DNA of 64,000 nt from a virus (IMGVR_UViG_3300021957_000014:22213-86212), one strand, 5' to 3'. Counted from the stretch's first letter, positions 36,784 through 45,717 are shown. The notes: generated from the letters alone by a model not told the origin. Numbers and translations are program-made.

Positions 36784-36812
36784 AGTATAACATATCAGCA
36801 CCTGCCTGTCAA
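36784..36812 (-). promoter_or_regulatory. Sigma70 promoter
   Basis: TTGACA-N17-TATACT with an extended TG. Confidence 0.8.
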
Positions 36813-36819
36813 CTGGCTC

Positions 36820-37029
36820 TTAGTGGAATACACGCTTGATTCCATCCAGTACCAACCAATCGATGTCTATAGCACCAATGACTCTTATGCCAGTACGGTC
36901 TTCAACCATCTCCATAGCGGTATCCCAGCCGTCTGTACTCTGCATAACATAGTGAACTTCCCACTCATTCAATTCAATCTCTACAGGCTGGTTAGTAGCA
37001 ATGTGAGTACCAATAATTCCGTGTCTCAT
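36820..37029 (-). CDS. Small early hypothetical protein
   Basis: SD AGGGG. Coupled to the upstream 32-aa ORF. Confidence 0.6.
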   Translation of the reverse strand: MRHGIIGTHIATNQPVEIELNEWEVHYVMQSTDGWDTAMEMVEDRTGIRVIGAIDIDWLVLDGIKRVFH

Positions 37030-37124
37030 AGTATTTCCCCTAGCGTAATAAGAACCAATAGTCCTATAACAGGTTGAATGAAGTCTGCATCAAGCAGTCC
37101 GTGTTGTTTAATAATCTTTATCAT
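37026..37124 (-). CDS. 32-aa hydrophobic peptide
   Basis: MIKIIKQHGLLDADFIQPVIGLLVLITLGEIL. ATG lies 6 nt after TATAAT and the stop overlaps the next ATG. Confidence 0.5.
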   Translation of the reverse strand: MIKIIKQHGLLDADFIQPVIGLLVLITLGEIL

Positions 37125-37130
37125 ACGCAT

Positions 37131-37159
37131 ATTATACCAAGATAGCGGTGCATTGTCAA
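37131..37159 (-). promoter_or_regulatory. Consensus sigma70 promoter
   Basis: TTGACA-N17-TATAAT with an extended TG. Confidence 0.85.
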
Positions 37160-37254
37160 GGCTTCTCGCCGAAGTTCTGCGGATTTCTTTGCAGTGCTAG
37201 ATGACCAGCACGACAGGCACTCGGAGTTTCCCTAGCGAAATCAATGCGCCAGCC

Positions 37255-37283
37255 TTGCTATTACGGGCTTTCTGTGTTATACT
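37255..37283 (+). promoter_or_regulatory. Divergent sigma70-type promoter
   Basis: TTGCTA-N17-TATACT with an extended TG, pointing at the lone + strand gene. Confidence 0.6.
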
Positions 37284-37455
37284 GTAGCCCCTCTGAAACC
37301 CTCTGAGGTGCCTTGACTCCGAACTAAATCTCTGATTAACCTCTCCGAACACAAGCACTCAAACCCACTTTATTCCACTTTCTCCCATCAAGTCTAAATA
37401 CCATTATTATTACACACTTTACCACACTATACCACACATTATATTAGAGACCACC

Positions 37456-38094
37456 ATGATACCCTTTGAATTATATTCCATATCCCCTTCTATCAACGAT
37501 TACGGACACATATACTCCATACCTAACTACTACACCCCCTCTGAGATGTCTTCTGTACAGTCTCAAATACAGTCTCATATGGACAAAGCATCCTATAACT
37601 CAGTACCCTTAGAAGCATGGCCGTCTCTACGTGTTGACCTATTTGATAACAAACAACCATTCGTTTCTGAGAAGTCTCAATGGTTATTAGATAATTGGTC
37701 TGAGATACATGAGTTGACCTATACGGATGATATAGAGTACTTTAGGAATGGGTCATGTGTACCCGAACATGTACAAGAGTCTGCACGTGGTACTGGTGGT
37801 GGTAATCGTTTGTATCCCTCTCATAATGATAGAGGTGCTTTGAAGTTATTGACTATTCTAGTTCCTCTCGTTGATGTTGGATGTCCTACTCGCTTTCATG
37901 GTCGTAAGGAAAATTCTCAGCTCGAGTCTCGTGTATGGTGTCACGAATGGGCGTTGAATAATGCGTATATGTTTAGACCTTCTGAGAGGTCATATCATTC
38001 GTATCAGAATACCATGGGTATTGATAGGTGGATTAGTAATATTAATTTGTGTGGTCGACTTGAGAATGGTCAACAAGTCAATGATGGGTATTAG
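37456..38094 (+). CDS. 2OG-Fe(II) oxygenase-fold protein
   Basis: HND (HxD), KLLTILV, N.AYMF, SYHSY and a distal R. Only + strand gene between 16.7 and 64 kb. Confidence 0.65.
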   Translation: MIPFELYSISPSINDYGHIYSIPNYYTPSEMSSVQSQIQSHMDKASYNSVPLEAWPSLRVDLFDNKQPFVSEKSQWLLDNWSEIHELTYTDDIEYFRNGSCVPEHVQESARGTGGGNRLYPSHNDRGALKLLTILVPLVDVGCPTRFHGRKENSQLESRVWCHEWALNNAYMFRPSERSYHSYQNTMGIDRWISNINLCGRLENGQQVNDGY

Positions 38095-38804
38095 TCTCTA
38101 CTGACTTCTATATGGAGAAAGTTACGTAGCCCTTCCACGTGGTTGTATACTTCTTTGGATTCTAGGGATGTATTCGTGAAGTGTCCGTCTAGGTGTATGT
38201 CGAATGCTTGAGACATTCTAGGCTCCTGTCTCGTGTTAGAGTCTACGGAATGCACGATGAGTGGACTGAATAGATGCAAGTCACCTCTGATATTCTCTAC
38301 CCAACCTTTGCCTTGATAGTAAGTACCGTATTCTCTATGGTCGTTATCACTAAGGAATACATTACCGCTAATCATGTGTTGTCTACAATCGTCTTCTGCG
38401 TGTTTATGTTCTTGAATAGTTACCCATTCGTATTGTCCTGTCTGTTCCATATCCATCGCTGCATGTCGATGGGGTTTAATGCCTTCTCCTTTGTCCCATA
38501 GGTTGCACCATGATTTTATAAACACATCGTTCACGTCTCGTGTGTCTATCTGTTCCATGATTCTTTGTACTAGGTTGATACCTAGGTTGTCTTCTATGAG
38601 GGGTATCCAGTTGAAGGTTGAATGGAGTGCGGTGAGTCCTGTGTATCCATTCGAATCAGCCCATACAGACGAATCGGGAGAATGCTCCCGAATTAAGTCG
38701 TCTGAATGTTCTGAAATAAGTTCACAGATTGAATTGCATTCTTGGTCTGTATAGAACTTGGGGATGACTATGTGATAGTCTTCGGATTGTCTTATAGAAC
38801 CCAT
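38091..38804 (-). CDS. 2OG-Fe(II) oxygenase (HxH type, TIGR02466-like)
   Basis: SWCN...GE.IKPHRH, ISGNVFL, GDL.LF....HSV, RMSQAFD. Confidence 0.75.
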   Translation of the reverse strand: MGSIRQSEDYHIVIPKFYTDQECNSICELISEHSDDLIREHSPDSSVWADSNGYTGLTALHSTFNWIPLIEDNLGINLVQRIMEQIDTRDVNDVFIKSWCNLWDKGEGIKPHRHAAMDMEQTGQYEWVTIQEHKHAEDDCRQHMISGNVFLSDNDHREYGTYYQGKGWVENIRGDLHLFSPLIVHSVDSNTRQEPRMSQAFDIHLDGHFTNTSLESKEVYNHVEGLRNFLHIEVSRD

Positions 38805-39667
38805 AGTTGTAGATATCTATCCGTAGTAGGACACGCATCACCTTTAAGATGTACGAAACTACATTGTTGACTGATATCTCTGTACTCGTGTTCGAACTCG
38901 ATGAACCTTGCTTGTTGGTCTCCACCTAGTCCTCTCCATTCTCCTTCATTCTCGAATGATGGTCGTACATTGGTTTCCCATTTCTGATTCATGTCGATGT
39001 TTGCAAACTCATCACCGATTACATATTGACCTACGATACCATGGTTAGTGTTTAACACCATACCGCTGTTCTCTGCAATTTGGTCTTCGATGTATTGCTG
39101 TACGTTTGAACCATACTTTTCTTGAATGCCTGCTTTGTCGGCTAGGAAATTGTCAATAATGTATTTTGCATCACCTTGTACCCATCCACAGAAATGTGGG
39201 AAATACTGAGTATCACCGTCTTCCATCCAGTTTCTTTCTTGATAGAAGAAAGAGGTGTTGTTCTCTTTGATGGATGCTGTTTCTTCATCGGTGAATGTGA
39301 AATTGCATTCGTCTGTAGTACCTTTAGAAGGTAATCCTTCATAGATAACAGATGTACACATTTGTCTTGCAACAACTTTTGCATTGATATATGTGCATTT
39401 GGATTCATCTCTGAGTCCTTTCATGTCACCGTCAAATAACAAAGCCTGATACCATTCATCATGAATGATTTCGGGGTCTTTCATTAGTGGGATGACTCGG
39501 ATGCCTTCGTCAAGACCTGTAGGGTCATCAGTATAACAAGACAACCTTGCAATAGTCATACCGTCATTGGATAGACTTCTCTGTCTATCAAGAGACAGCT
39601 TCAATCGGTTTACATCATCGGATGTAACACCTAGACCATCGGTCTTAATCGTAATCACTTCAAACAT
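38792..39667 (-). CDS. Glycosyltransferase-A-fold-like protein, apparently degenerate
   Basis: VITIK...DDVNRL, CYTDDPTGL and GDQ resemble a phage GT family. The expected DxD is replaced (YINAKV). Confidence 0.5.
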   Translation of the reverse strand: MFEVITIKTDGLGVTSDDVNRLKLSLDRQRSLSNDGMTIARLSCYTDDPTGLDEGIRVIPLMKDPEIIHDEWYQALLFDGDMKGLRDESKCTYINAKVVARQMCTSVIYEGLPSKGTTDECNFTFTDEETASIKENNTSFFYQERNWMEDGDTQYFPHFCGWVQGDAKYIIDNFLADKAGIQEKYGSNVQQYIEDQIAENSGMVLNTNHGIVGQYVIGDEFANIDMNQKWETNVRPSFENEGEWRGLGGDQQARFIEFEHEYRDISQQCSFVHLKGDACPTTDRYLQLWVL

Positions 39668-39721
39668 TTAAAACTCCTATAAAAATAATATATTTGATTT
39701 GTTCCATTTATTTAGGGATAT

Positions 39722-39771
39722 AAAAAAACCCTTCATACTTCTATTATAAGATATATGAAGGGTCTCGTCAA
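39722..39771 (-). terminator. Terminator-like hairpin with an embedded sigma70 promoter
   Basis: ACCCTTCATA (39728-37) pairs with TATGAAGGGT (39754-63), followed by a T-run on the minus strand. TTGACG-N17-TATAAT at 39771-39743. Confidence 0.65.
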
Positions 39772-39775
39772 TTGG

Positions 39776-39889
39776 CTATTTAAACATTTCTTGTACAAGA
39801 ACGTGTACGTCACCACTCTTCATCATATCGTTAAATTTGTCTGCTAGTGTCCTAAGATACGAGGCAGACAATGATGCGTAATGTTGCAT
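39776..39889 (-). CDS. 37-aa small protein
   Basis: SD AGGAG. MQHYASLSASYLRTLADKFNDMMKSGDVHVLVQEMFK. Confidence 0.55.
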   Translation of the reverse strand: MQHYASLSASYLRTLADKFNDMMKSGDVHVLVQEMFK

Positions 39890-40019
39890 TTTTATCTCCT
39901 ATATTTGTTGTAGCAATCTGATACTCGGACTTCGAACTTAATCTACTTACTCTTGTATCGTACTTGTTACATAAGTGTGACATTTATGTGCCACACTTAT
40001 ATATAGGTGAATCAACAAC

Positions 40020-40661
40020 TTAGAAGTTGTATAGTAATCCTACTGATATACTATCTGCAACTTGGTCTTCGAACACATCTTGACCAATTAAACCTGTTAA
40101 GGTAAAATTCTCATTCAAGTCATAACTCACATTGAGTTGACCGAATGTATCTTCACTGTCATATAGACCACCAATCAATGTTACGTCCACTACTGGAATG
40201 AACCATAGGTCATATCCAATCTCAGCGTAGTTATCATTCGTATCAATATCTTGATAGTATGATAAGGATAGATTGCCTATATATGCAGCTGCATATAACT
40301 CTTCAAAAGATTCCACTGACCCATCGTATGTATATCTGATATACCCAACGTTCAATGTTACCTTGTCGGTTATAGGTAGTAATAGACCACCATAGAAATC
40401 CGTCTCACTGGTTGCATCATCAAACTCAACGTCTGAGTTCCATGCACCAACATATAGTCCAGTTCCCTCGTGAAGAACCATACCACCGACTGACAATGCT
40501 GGTTGGTTTCCTTGTGAGACACCTCTCCATACATAGTCTGATTTATAACCTATCTCACCAGTGAAAGAAAATGATGGTGTTGATTCCACTACCTGTCTTT
40601 CATTTGCTAAGACTCCAAATGACATTACTGTAAACAATAATGTTGCTAATATATTTTTCAT
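40020..40661 (-). CDS. Outer-membrane beta-barrel protein (TorF / TIGR02001-like putative porin)
   Basis: Signal peptide, [10 protein letters not shown]...PA..., G.YVGAW.S.V, E.DFY.G and a C-terminal aromatic YNF. Confidence 0.85.
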   Translation of the reverse strand: MKNILATLLFTVMSFGVLANERQVVESTPSFSFTGEIGYKSDYVWRGVSQGNQPALSVGGMVLHEGTGLYVGAWNSDVEFDDATSETDFYGGLLLPITDKVTLNVGYIRYTYDGSVESFEELYAAAYIGNLSLSYYQDIDTNDNYAEIGYDLWFIPVVDVTLIGGLYDSEDTFGQLNVSYDLNENFTLTGLIGQDVFEDQVADSISVGLLYNF

Positions 40662-40693
40662 ATATTCTCCTTTCTTATTAATTTGATTACTAC

Positions 40694-40769
40694 TGGTGGA
40701 GCTAGAGGGAATCGAACCCCCGACCTACTGATTGCAAACCAGTCGCTCTCCCAACTGAGCTATAGCCCC
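40694..40769 (-). tRNA. tRNA-Ala(TGC)
   Basis: GGGGCTATAGCTCAGTTGGGAGAGC...TTTGCAA...GGTTCGATTCC..TAGCTCCACCA. G3:U70 pair and encoded CCA. Confidence 0.96.
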
Positions 40770-40774
40770 AAGTA

Positions 40775-40951
40775 TTAACCGTTATTATTTATGTTTGGTT
40801 TGTACGACTTTTTCTTAGATTTGTAAACTCTCTTTTTTGACTCATCAACATCGGGTGTTGATTTATCATCAGCAATGTAACGACCTTTCTCGTCTCTTGC
40901 TCTAACAGTTTCGAATCCAAGGAAGTCTGTAAACTTTGTCCAAAATCCCAT
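40775..40951 (-). CDS. 58-aa basic protein with [13 protein letters not shown] motif
   Basis: Below the track cut-off. SD GAGG. The motif recurs in marine phages. Confidence 0.6.
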   Translation of the reverse strand: MGFWTKFTDFLGFETVRARDEKGRYIADDKSTPDVDESKKRVYKSKKKSYKPNINNNG

Positions 40952-40964
40952 AAATTACCTCGTT

Positions 40965-41378
40965 TTAATATCTGAACCCAAATGGATTCTTATATTGTAA
41001 TGCATCGGGTGTATCCTTTGCATCTCTTATACACCAATATAATGGTATAAAGTTTAAGAGTGGTATTGGAAACAATAATTGCCACCAACCACTACGACCT
41101 CTATCATGCAATCTTCTTGCAGTCAATGTAATACTCTGTACTAGTGTTCCTAGTGTAAACAAGGCTACTAATACTCCACTCTCTCGTAGTTCTCCGAATG
41201 GTTCAAGTATACTAAAGAATGTATATCCTATTACATAATAGTCTAACGCCATCAGTCCAACCAAAATGATGGTTGCGTATAAAGTGAACCACCAAAATTC
41301 GGGTCTGTCTGACCTTCCGTCAATATCTGTTGCTCTATCGACCAACACCGTCTTCAATGTGTCAATAATATGACTCAT
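40965..41378 (-). CDS. DUF805 (YhaH-like) inner-membrane protein
   Basis: GRS.R.EFWWF and RRLHD.GRSGWW.L. Confidence 0.9.
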   Translation of the reverse strand: MSHIIDTLKTVLVDRATDIDGRSDRPEFWWFTLYATIILVGLMALDYYVIGYTFFSILEPFGELRESGVLVALFTLGTLVQSITLTARRLHDRGRSGWWQLLFPIPLLNFIPLYWCIRDAKDTPDALQYKNPFGFRY

Positions 41379-41388
41379 AATTATCTCC

Positions 41389-42018
41389 TTACGTCTGAGC
41401 GTAATGTATATTTCCAGCTACCGATATCCTTTCACCTTGTGGGTCATGGAATGGGTAGACGGAATGATTCAACCACGATGGGAAGATTAGTATATCTCCT
41501 TTCTCGGGGTAATGATGCATGGAAGTCCAGTTCATAAACTGAGTCTCTCCATAATGCAAGTCTATATGACCCGCAAGTGCTTTTGATTCACTAGTTATAT
41601 TTCTGTCGAACATATTGTCCGTAGCATCTTCTCTAGTGATTGTGTTTTTGGTATAGAATACAAAACTAAACATACCATCATGTGCATGGATAGGATTGTA
41701 TTCAAATTCTTTCTGAAGGTTAACCCAAAGGCCCTCTATTTGCAGCTGTTCTGTATAGATTTCCATACCAATACTCTGGGCCCATGTCACTGCATGGTCT
41801 AGAATGTGGGTCTTTGTAGTGTCTGACACTACATCTTCGATGGTTATCTGTTCTTCTACTCTGCCTGCTAGTAAATCAGCACCTATTTTGGATTTAGGGT
41901 CACCTCTGCGTGATTCGATAATATCGTTCACATCATTGATGATATCCTCATCCAACTTACCGACCCATACTGGTGGGCCGAAAGGTGAAATGATTTCACC
42001 TTGGGGTCTAGTTTTCAT
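41389..42018 (-). CDS. 2OG-Fe(II) oxygenase (TIGR02466-like)
   Basis: WVN.Q...EYNP.H.H, SFVFY, P..GD..IFPSWL.H.VYPF, RIS.AGN. Confidence 0.88.
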   Translation of the reverse strand: MKTRPQGEIISPFGPPVWVGKLDEDIINDVNDIIESRRGDPKSKIGADLLAGRVEEQITIEDVVSDTTKTHILDHAVTWAQSIGMEIYTEQLQIEGLWVNLQKEFEYNPIHAHDGMFSFVFYTKNTITREDATDNMFDRNITSESKALAGHIDLHYGETQFMNWTSMHHYPEKGDILIFPSWLNHSVYPFHDPQGERISVAGNIHYAQT

Positions 42019-42244
42019 CTACCGTTCCTGTAAGGGTTGCAAATGGTAATCCATTCTTTCTTCTTCTCACGAACTCGTTTGCAATCTTCTGACGCAATTT
42101 ACCTTTCCCTCGTTGTGTAAGTATCCTATTGTATTCTTCAATAAGCTCTTTCAGTGGAGTAGATTTCATATAATAATGTGTTACTGAAACTTTTCCTGTT
42201 CCACGTGCAACGGTTTTTTGGGTTGGTTTAAATTTTGTCGGCAT
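42008..42244 (-). CDS. Small basic hypothetical protein
   Basis: Start re-called at MPTKFKP behind AGGAG. Confidence 0.55.
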   Translation of the reverse strand: MPTKFKPTQKTVARGTGKVSVTHYYMKSTPLKELIEEYNRILTQRGKGKLRQKIANEFVRRRKNGLPFATLTGTVDEN

Positions 42245-42401
42245 TTTGCTCCTTGGTTCGGGGTTTATGTTTAACATGCCAGTCGTGACTACAATATGCA
42301 TCACAAAAAACATGCACTGGTTTTTGATTAGTTGGTGTGTGGTATTTTACTTGGTTCACGTCTAGTTCTTTTTTACACTCACTACATTTAATCTTGTTCA
42401 T
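42228..42401 (-). CDS. Small zinc-finger protein (CxxC...FCxxxC, TRASH/MYM-like)
   Basis: Start re-called at MNKIKCSEC. VFCDAYCS. Confidence 0.6.
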   Translation of the reverse strand: MNKIKCSECKKELDVNQVKYHTPTNQKPVHVFCDAYCSHDWHVKHKPRTKEQNADKI

Positions 42402-43029
42402 CGAAGTCTTCCTCTTCGTTATGTTGTTTGAACCATATCGCAAAGACGTATCTCTCTCCACTGAATATAGGTTCTACACCATGCCACCTTTCGGTGGAAT
42501 TGTTGAATGCAACCATGGTACCCTGTCTTGGTAGTATCGTATGTCCTTCGACATTCAATCTACCCCCTTCGTATGTATCATTCAACATAAAGATAGCGGT
42601 TCCTGTATCATCTTGGTCTGCTTCATCTTTATGCCATTGGAACATTGTATCCGTTGGATACCTCATTATCGTAGCATAGGTTATCTCTCCAAAATCAGCT
42701 GATTTGGGTAGATATGCTTCAACTAAGTCCATGACTTCTTCGAATGGTGCAGTACCTTGTTGTAGTACAGCAACATCGTGACCTGTCTGTGGGTGGTCAT
42801 ATCTCCATGACCTTTCCATGACTTGTACGTTGTCAGCACATATCTGACCATTATCCTTTTGATGCACAGAAGTTGTCTCTAATCTGTCCATAGTACTAAT
42901 TATAACATCACATGTGTCTTGAGTCAAGACACTATCTGCAATCATTAGTAAGTTAGAAGACTTGTTCTCATATAGATGAGCTTCATCTTTCTGTTCTTGA
43001 CTCTGAACTACTATTTTTCTTACTGGCAT
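42388..43029 (-). CDS. 2OG-Fe(II) oxygenase, prolyl-4-hydroxylase-like
   Basis: RY....FQWHKD, LNDTYEGG.L, WHGVEPI..GERY...W. Confidence 0.9.
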   Translation of the reverse strand: MPVRKIVVQSQEQKDEAHLYENKSSNLLMIADSVLTQDTCDVIISTMDRLETTSVHQKDNGQICADNVQVMERSWRYDHPQTGHDVAVLQQGTAPFEEVMDLVEAYLPKSADFGEITYATIMRYPTDTMFQWHKDEADQDDTGTAIFMLNDTYEGGRLNVEGHTILPRQGTMVAFNNSTERWHGVEPIFSGERYVFAIWFKQHNEEEDFDEQD

Positions 43030-43030
43030 A

Positions 43031-43723
43031 TTATCTTCTTCTTGGTTCGGGATGGAAGAATCTCACGTATGAGTATCTCCATTTGTCTTCACAGTATTTG
43101 GTGTAATCATCTATCCATGCACCGTGTAATTTGTTTCCTGTAAAGATAACACATGTATTGTATTGTGCTGGTATGATGTAATCAATCTCAAAGTCTTCCT
43201 CAACTGGATATAGAACACCCATGTGTTCCATGTTGGTAATCCACTCACCTTTGTATACTGCAGTTCCACCGCTCTCTTCTTTATCCATGTATACTAACAT
43301 ATTCAATGTGGACTTATCATCGGGTGTGATGAACTCACTATCGATGTGTGGGTAATGTTGCATCTTTGGGTCAAACTCTGTTATAGTTTGGAAACAGTTG
43401 AATTCATGTATGTGCTTATATGAATATTTCCCTGTCCACCAGTATTTTCTGCATATGTCTAACACCCTTTCCATTTCATTCACGCCTACTCTAGTAGGGT
43501 GACCTATCTTATCTGTAATACGGCAGTCGTTGTATACAGTACCATTAGGTGAGTTTCTTTCTGTAGAATACTTCCACATAGGATACTGTCTGTTCTGAAG
43601 ATGCTCGTAGATATCATCGGGGTTCTCAAAGAAATTGTGTATAGTGATAACACCATTCTCATATGTGTGTTCAATCTTAGGGTTTACTGCAAAGAGTTCA
43701 TCTAATGCATATGTCTTTTTCAT
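43031..43723 (-). CDS. 2OG-Fe(II) oxygenase-like protein (DUF6445-like)
   Basis: Start re-called at MKKTYA. I.NFFENPD, PHID, LVYM....GGT..Y, YN....F....LH. Confidence 0.75.
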   Translation of the reverse strand: MKKTYALDELFAVNPKIEHTYENGVITIHNFFENPDDIYEHLQNRQYPMWKYSTERNSPNGTVYNDCRITDKIGHPTRVGVNEMERVLDICRKYWWTGKYSYKHIHEFNCFQTITEFDPKMQHYPHIDSEFITPDDKSTLNMLVYMDKEESGGTAVYKGEWITNMEHMGVLYPVEEDFEIDYIIPAQYNTCVIFTGNKLHGAWIDDYTKYCEDKWRYSYVRFFHPEPRRR

Positions 43724-43881
43724 AACCAGTCCTTTATAATATTTACCATAATTAGAATACCACATAGTACGTTAATTCCTACGATGACGGTTCTAATTAT
43801 TGCAATCTTGTTTTCGTTTAGAGGGTTGTATCCGTCCTCTTCGTCAAATGCCCCAAGTGCATGTTTCCAAATTTCCCACAT
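43720..43881 (-). CDS. 53-aa single-TM protein (W.IWKHALG family)
   Basis: Below the track cut-off. MWEIWKHALGAFDEEDGYNPLNENKIAIIRTVIVGINVLCGILIMVNIIKDWL. Confidence 0.65.
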   Translation of the reverse strand: MWEIWKHALGAFDEEDGYNPLNENKIAIIRTVIVGINVLCGILIMVNIIKDWL

Positions 43882-43892
43882 TGTAATAGTAT

Positions 43893-44648
43893 TTATTTCC
43901 TTTCAAAAACATGACTGTACGACATGTTGTCACCAGTGTGATTGCTGTTGAATTGTTCTCTTAGTTTAAGGTTGAATGATAATGAATATCTTGGGTTTTT
44001 GCTTTGTGATTCCATAGAGGGTGGAACAGCATGCATCAGATAAGACGGCCAAAGTAGGAAATCGCCAGCTCTTGGATAGAACTGCATATCAGAATGAAAT
44101 CCAGTACATCCAGTGAATGACATATCAGGCTTATCATTATCGTGTCTTAAATCCTCAACTCCATTGTGACCATAAACAGCTGCCATGTTTGGATTCCAAA
44201 ACTTGATTGGTCTATCCGTATCATTGACATAGTATGTACCACTCATATGTGAATCTACGTGATTGTGTATTTCGTGTTGATGCTCTGAGTCATATCTGTT
44301 GACCCATGCAAACAGATGTATATCATCTCTGCAATACTGTCTAATGTCTCTATTGAATTGTGTTTTAACAAACTCGATGTAGGTGTCTTTGATGATGTTA
44401 GAGAAATCTCTGAACCATCCTAACTTGTGTGTTTCTTCCCTTACATCATTATCAAAATATGACGTGTAGTTGCACAACTTATTTTTGTCGTCCATGTCTT
44501 TAACTTTATCGACTATTCGGTCAATATCACGCATCACCATAGATGATGGAAAGTCTAACTCACCCCTCAAGAATGGAGTTGAAAACATAGGTATCACCCT
44601 ATGTCGTGCTGGTTGAAACTTCTGTTGGTCGTGTTTCGCTGGTTTCAT
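43893..44648 (-). CDS. 2OG-Fe(II) oxygenase (TIGR02466-like)
   Basis: FSTP, WVN.Y....H..HNH..S.MSGTYYV, P..GD.LLWPSYL.H.V, RYSLSFN. Confidence 0.88.
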   Translation of the reverse strand: MKPAKHDQQKFQPARHRVIPMFSTPFLRGELDFPSSMVMRDIDRIVDKVKDMDDKNKLCNYTSYFDNDVREETHKLGWFRDFSNIIKDTYIEFVKTQFNRDIRQYCRDDIHLFAWVNRYDSEHQHEIHNHVDSHMSGTYYVNDTDRPIKFWNPNMAAVYGHNGVEDLRHDNDKPDMSFTGCTGFHSDMQFYPRAGDFLLWPSYLMHAVPPSMESQSKNPRYSLSFNLKLREQFNSNHTGDNMSYSHVFERK

Positions 44649-44845
44649 AATTTAATCGCCAATAATAAAAAGATTGCAATGAGAAGAATGTTTGTCATGA
44701 AGATGCCTATTGCAAGAATTGTATGATACCATATCCATCTTGTCTTGTATGCGTTATCTACTGATAATTCATCGGGGTCTGGCCCGGCATCATAGACATC
44801 GGTTTTGGGATTCTGTTTCCACAGTATTTCCCACCACTTAGTCAT
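44645..44845 (-). CDS. Small single-TM protein
   Basis: C-terminal hydrophobic helix. Directly follows the spanin-like pair. Confidence 0.6.
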   Translation of the reverse strand: MTKWWEILWKQNPKTDVYDAGPDPDELSVDNAYKTRWIWYHTILAIGIFMTNILLIAIFLLLAIKL

Positions 44846-45383
44846 CTGCCTTCTCTATTTTAACTGCAACCCCCTTCTCATTTCCTTTCGGGGTTTTGAT
44901 AGTTACGTTTCTATAGTATACAACTACTTCACCTATCTGTTTGATGTATCTTTTAAGTTCTTGCATGTTTGCACTCATGACCTCATAGTCGCCTATGGTC
45001 GTTGCAACGAATACAACTTCACCACCATTCTGTTCTTTCATTTCGTCTAAGAAATAGTCAAGGTGTGTGTAACCAACTGGCCACTCGGGGTTGTCTCTGT
45101 CTTCGAGATTACATGTCTTAGGACGTTTGAGTTGTTCTACACCATCCTCACCAAACTTCTTAGGGTCAAATGATAAGGTCTTTCTACACAGATTATCCTT
45201 CTTTGCCTCTGATACAACAAACCATGTAGGTGCTGTCATTTCAATAGGTCTTGGTAGTGTGGGTTGAATGATATCTATTTCAATAGGTGCAGATACAACC
45301 TCAATTTGTTTTGTTCCTAATAAACTGCAACCACTAATCGTCGCGATTAGACTCGTCAAGATTATAAATTTCTTGTGTATCAT
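44838..45383 (-). CDS. Putative o-spanin (outer-membrane lipoprotein)
   Basis: Lipobox ISGC, Pro-rich segment, DYE.MS.N..EL.RYI.Q. Overlaps the upstream TM coiled-coil gene. Confidence 0.65.
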   Translation of the reverse strand: MIHKKFIILTSLIATISGCSLLGTKQIEVVSAPIEIDIIQPTLPRPIEMTAPTWFVVSEAKKDNLCRKTLSFDPKKFGEDGVEQLKRPKTCNLEDRDNPEWPVGYTHLDYFLDEMKEQNGGEVVFVATTIGDYEVMSANMQELKRYIKQIGEVVVYYRNVTIKTPKGNEKGVAVKIEKADD

Positions 45384-45717
45384 CTTCTATTCCCTCAAAT
45401 ACTCTATCTGTTCCACGATTGAACTTACCTGTCATGATACCAGGCTTTGCAACTGCAAGAGCGTTTAAATTATGTCTTTGGAATATCTGTAGATACTCCG
45501 CCTTTTCTGCTTCAATCGATGCATTTTTACGACTCATGTTCTGTAATGCTTTCCCTTGTTTTTCAAAGTTCTCTTTCATCACTTCCATGGCACGTTGTTG
45601 TTCTTCTACTGCAGCTTCTAACTTAATGTTGTTTTGTGTAAGTGTTTGATTCTCGTTATACAAAAAGAAACAAAACAATCCCACTGCTACTAGAAGACCC
45701 ATAGTTAATTGATTCAT
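45334..45717 (-). CDS. Putative i-spanin
   Basis: N-terminal TM plus coiled coil and LA.AKPG. Overlaps the lipoprotein gene. Confidence 0.65.
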   Translation of the reverse strand: MNQLTMGLLVAVGLFCFFLYNENQTLTQNNIKLEAAVEEQQRAMEVMKENFEKQGKALQNMSRKNASIEAEKAEYLQIFQRHNLNALAVAKPGIMTGKFNRGTDRVFEGIEDDTQEIYNLDESNRDD

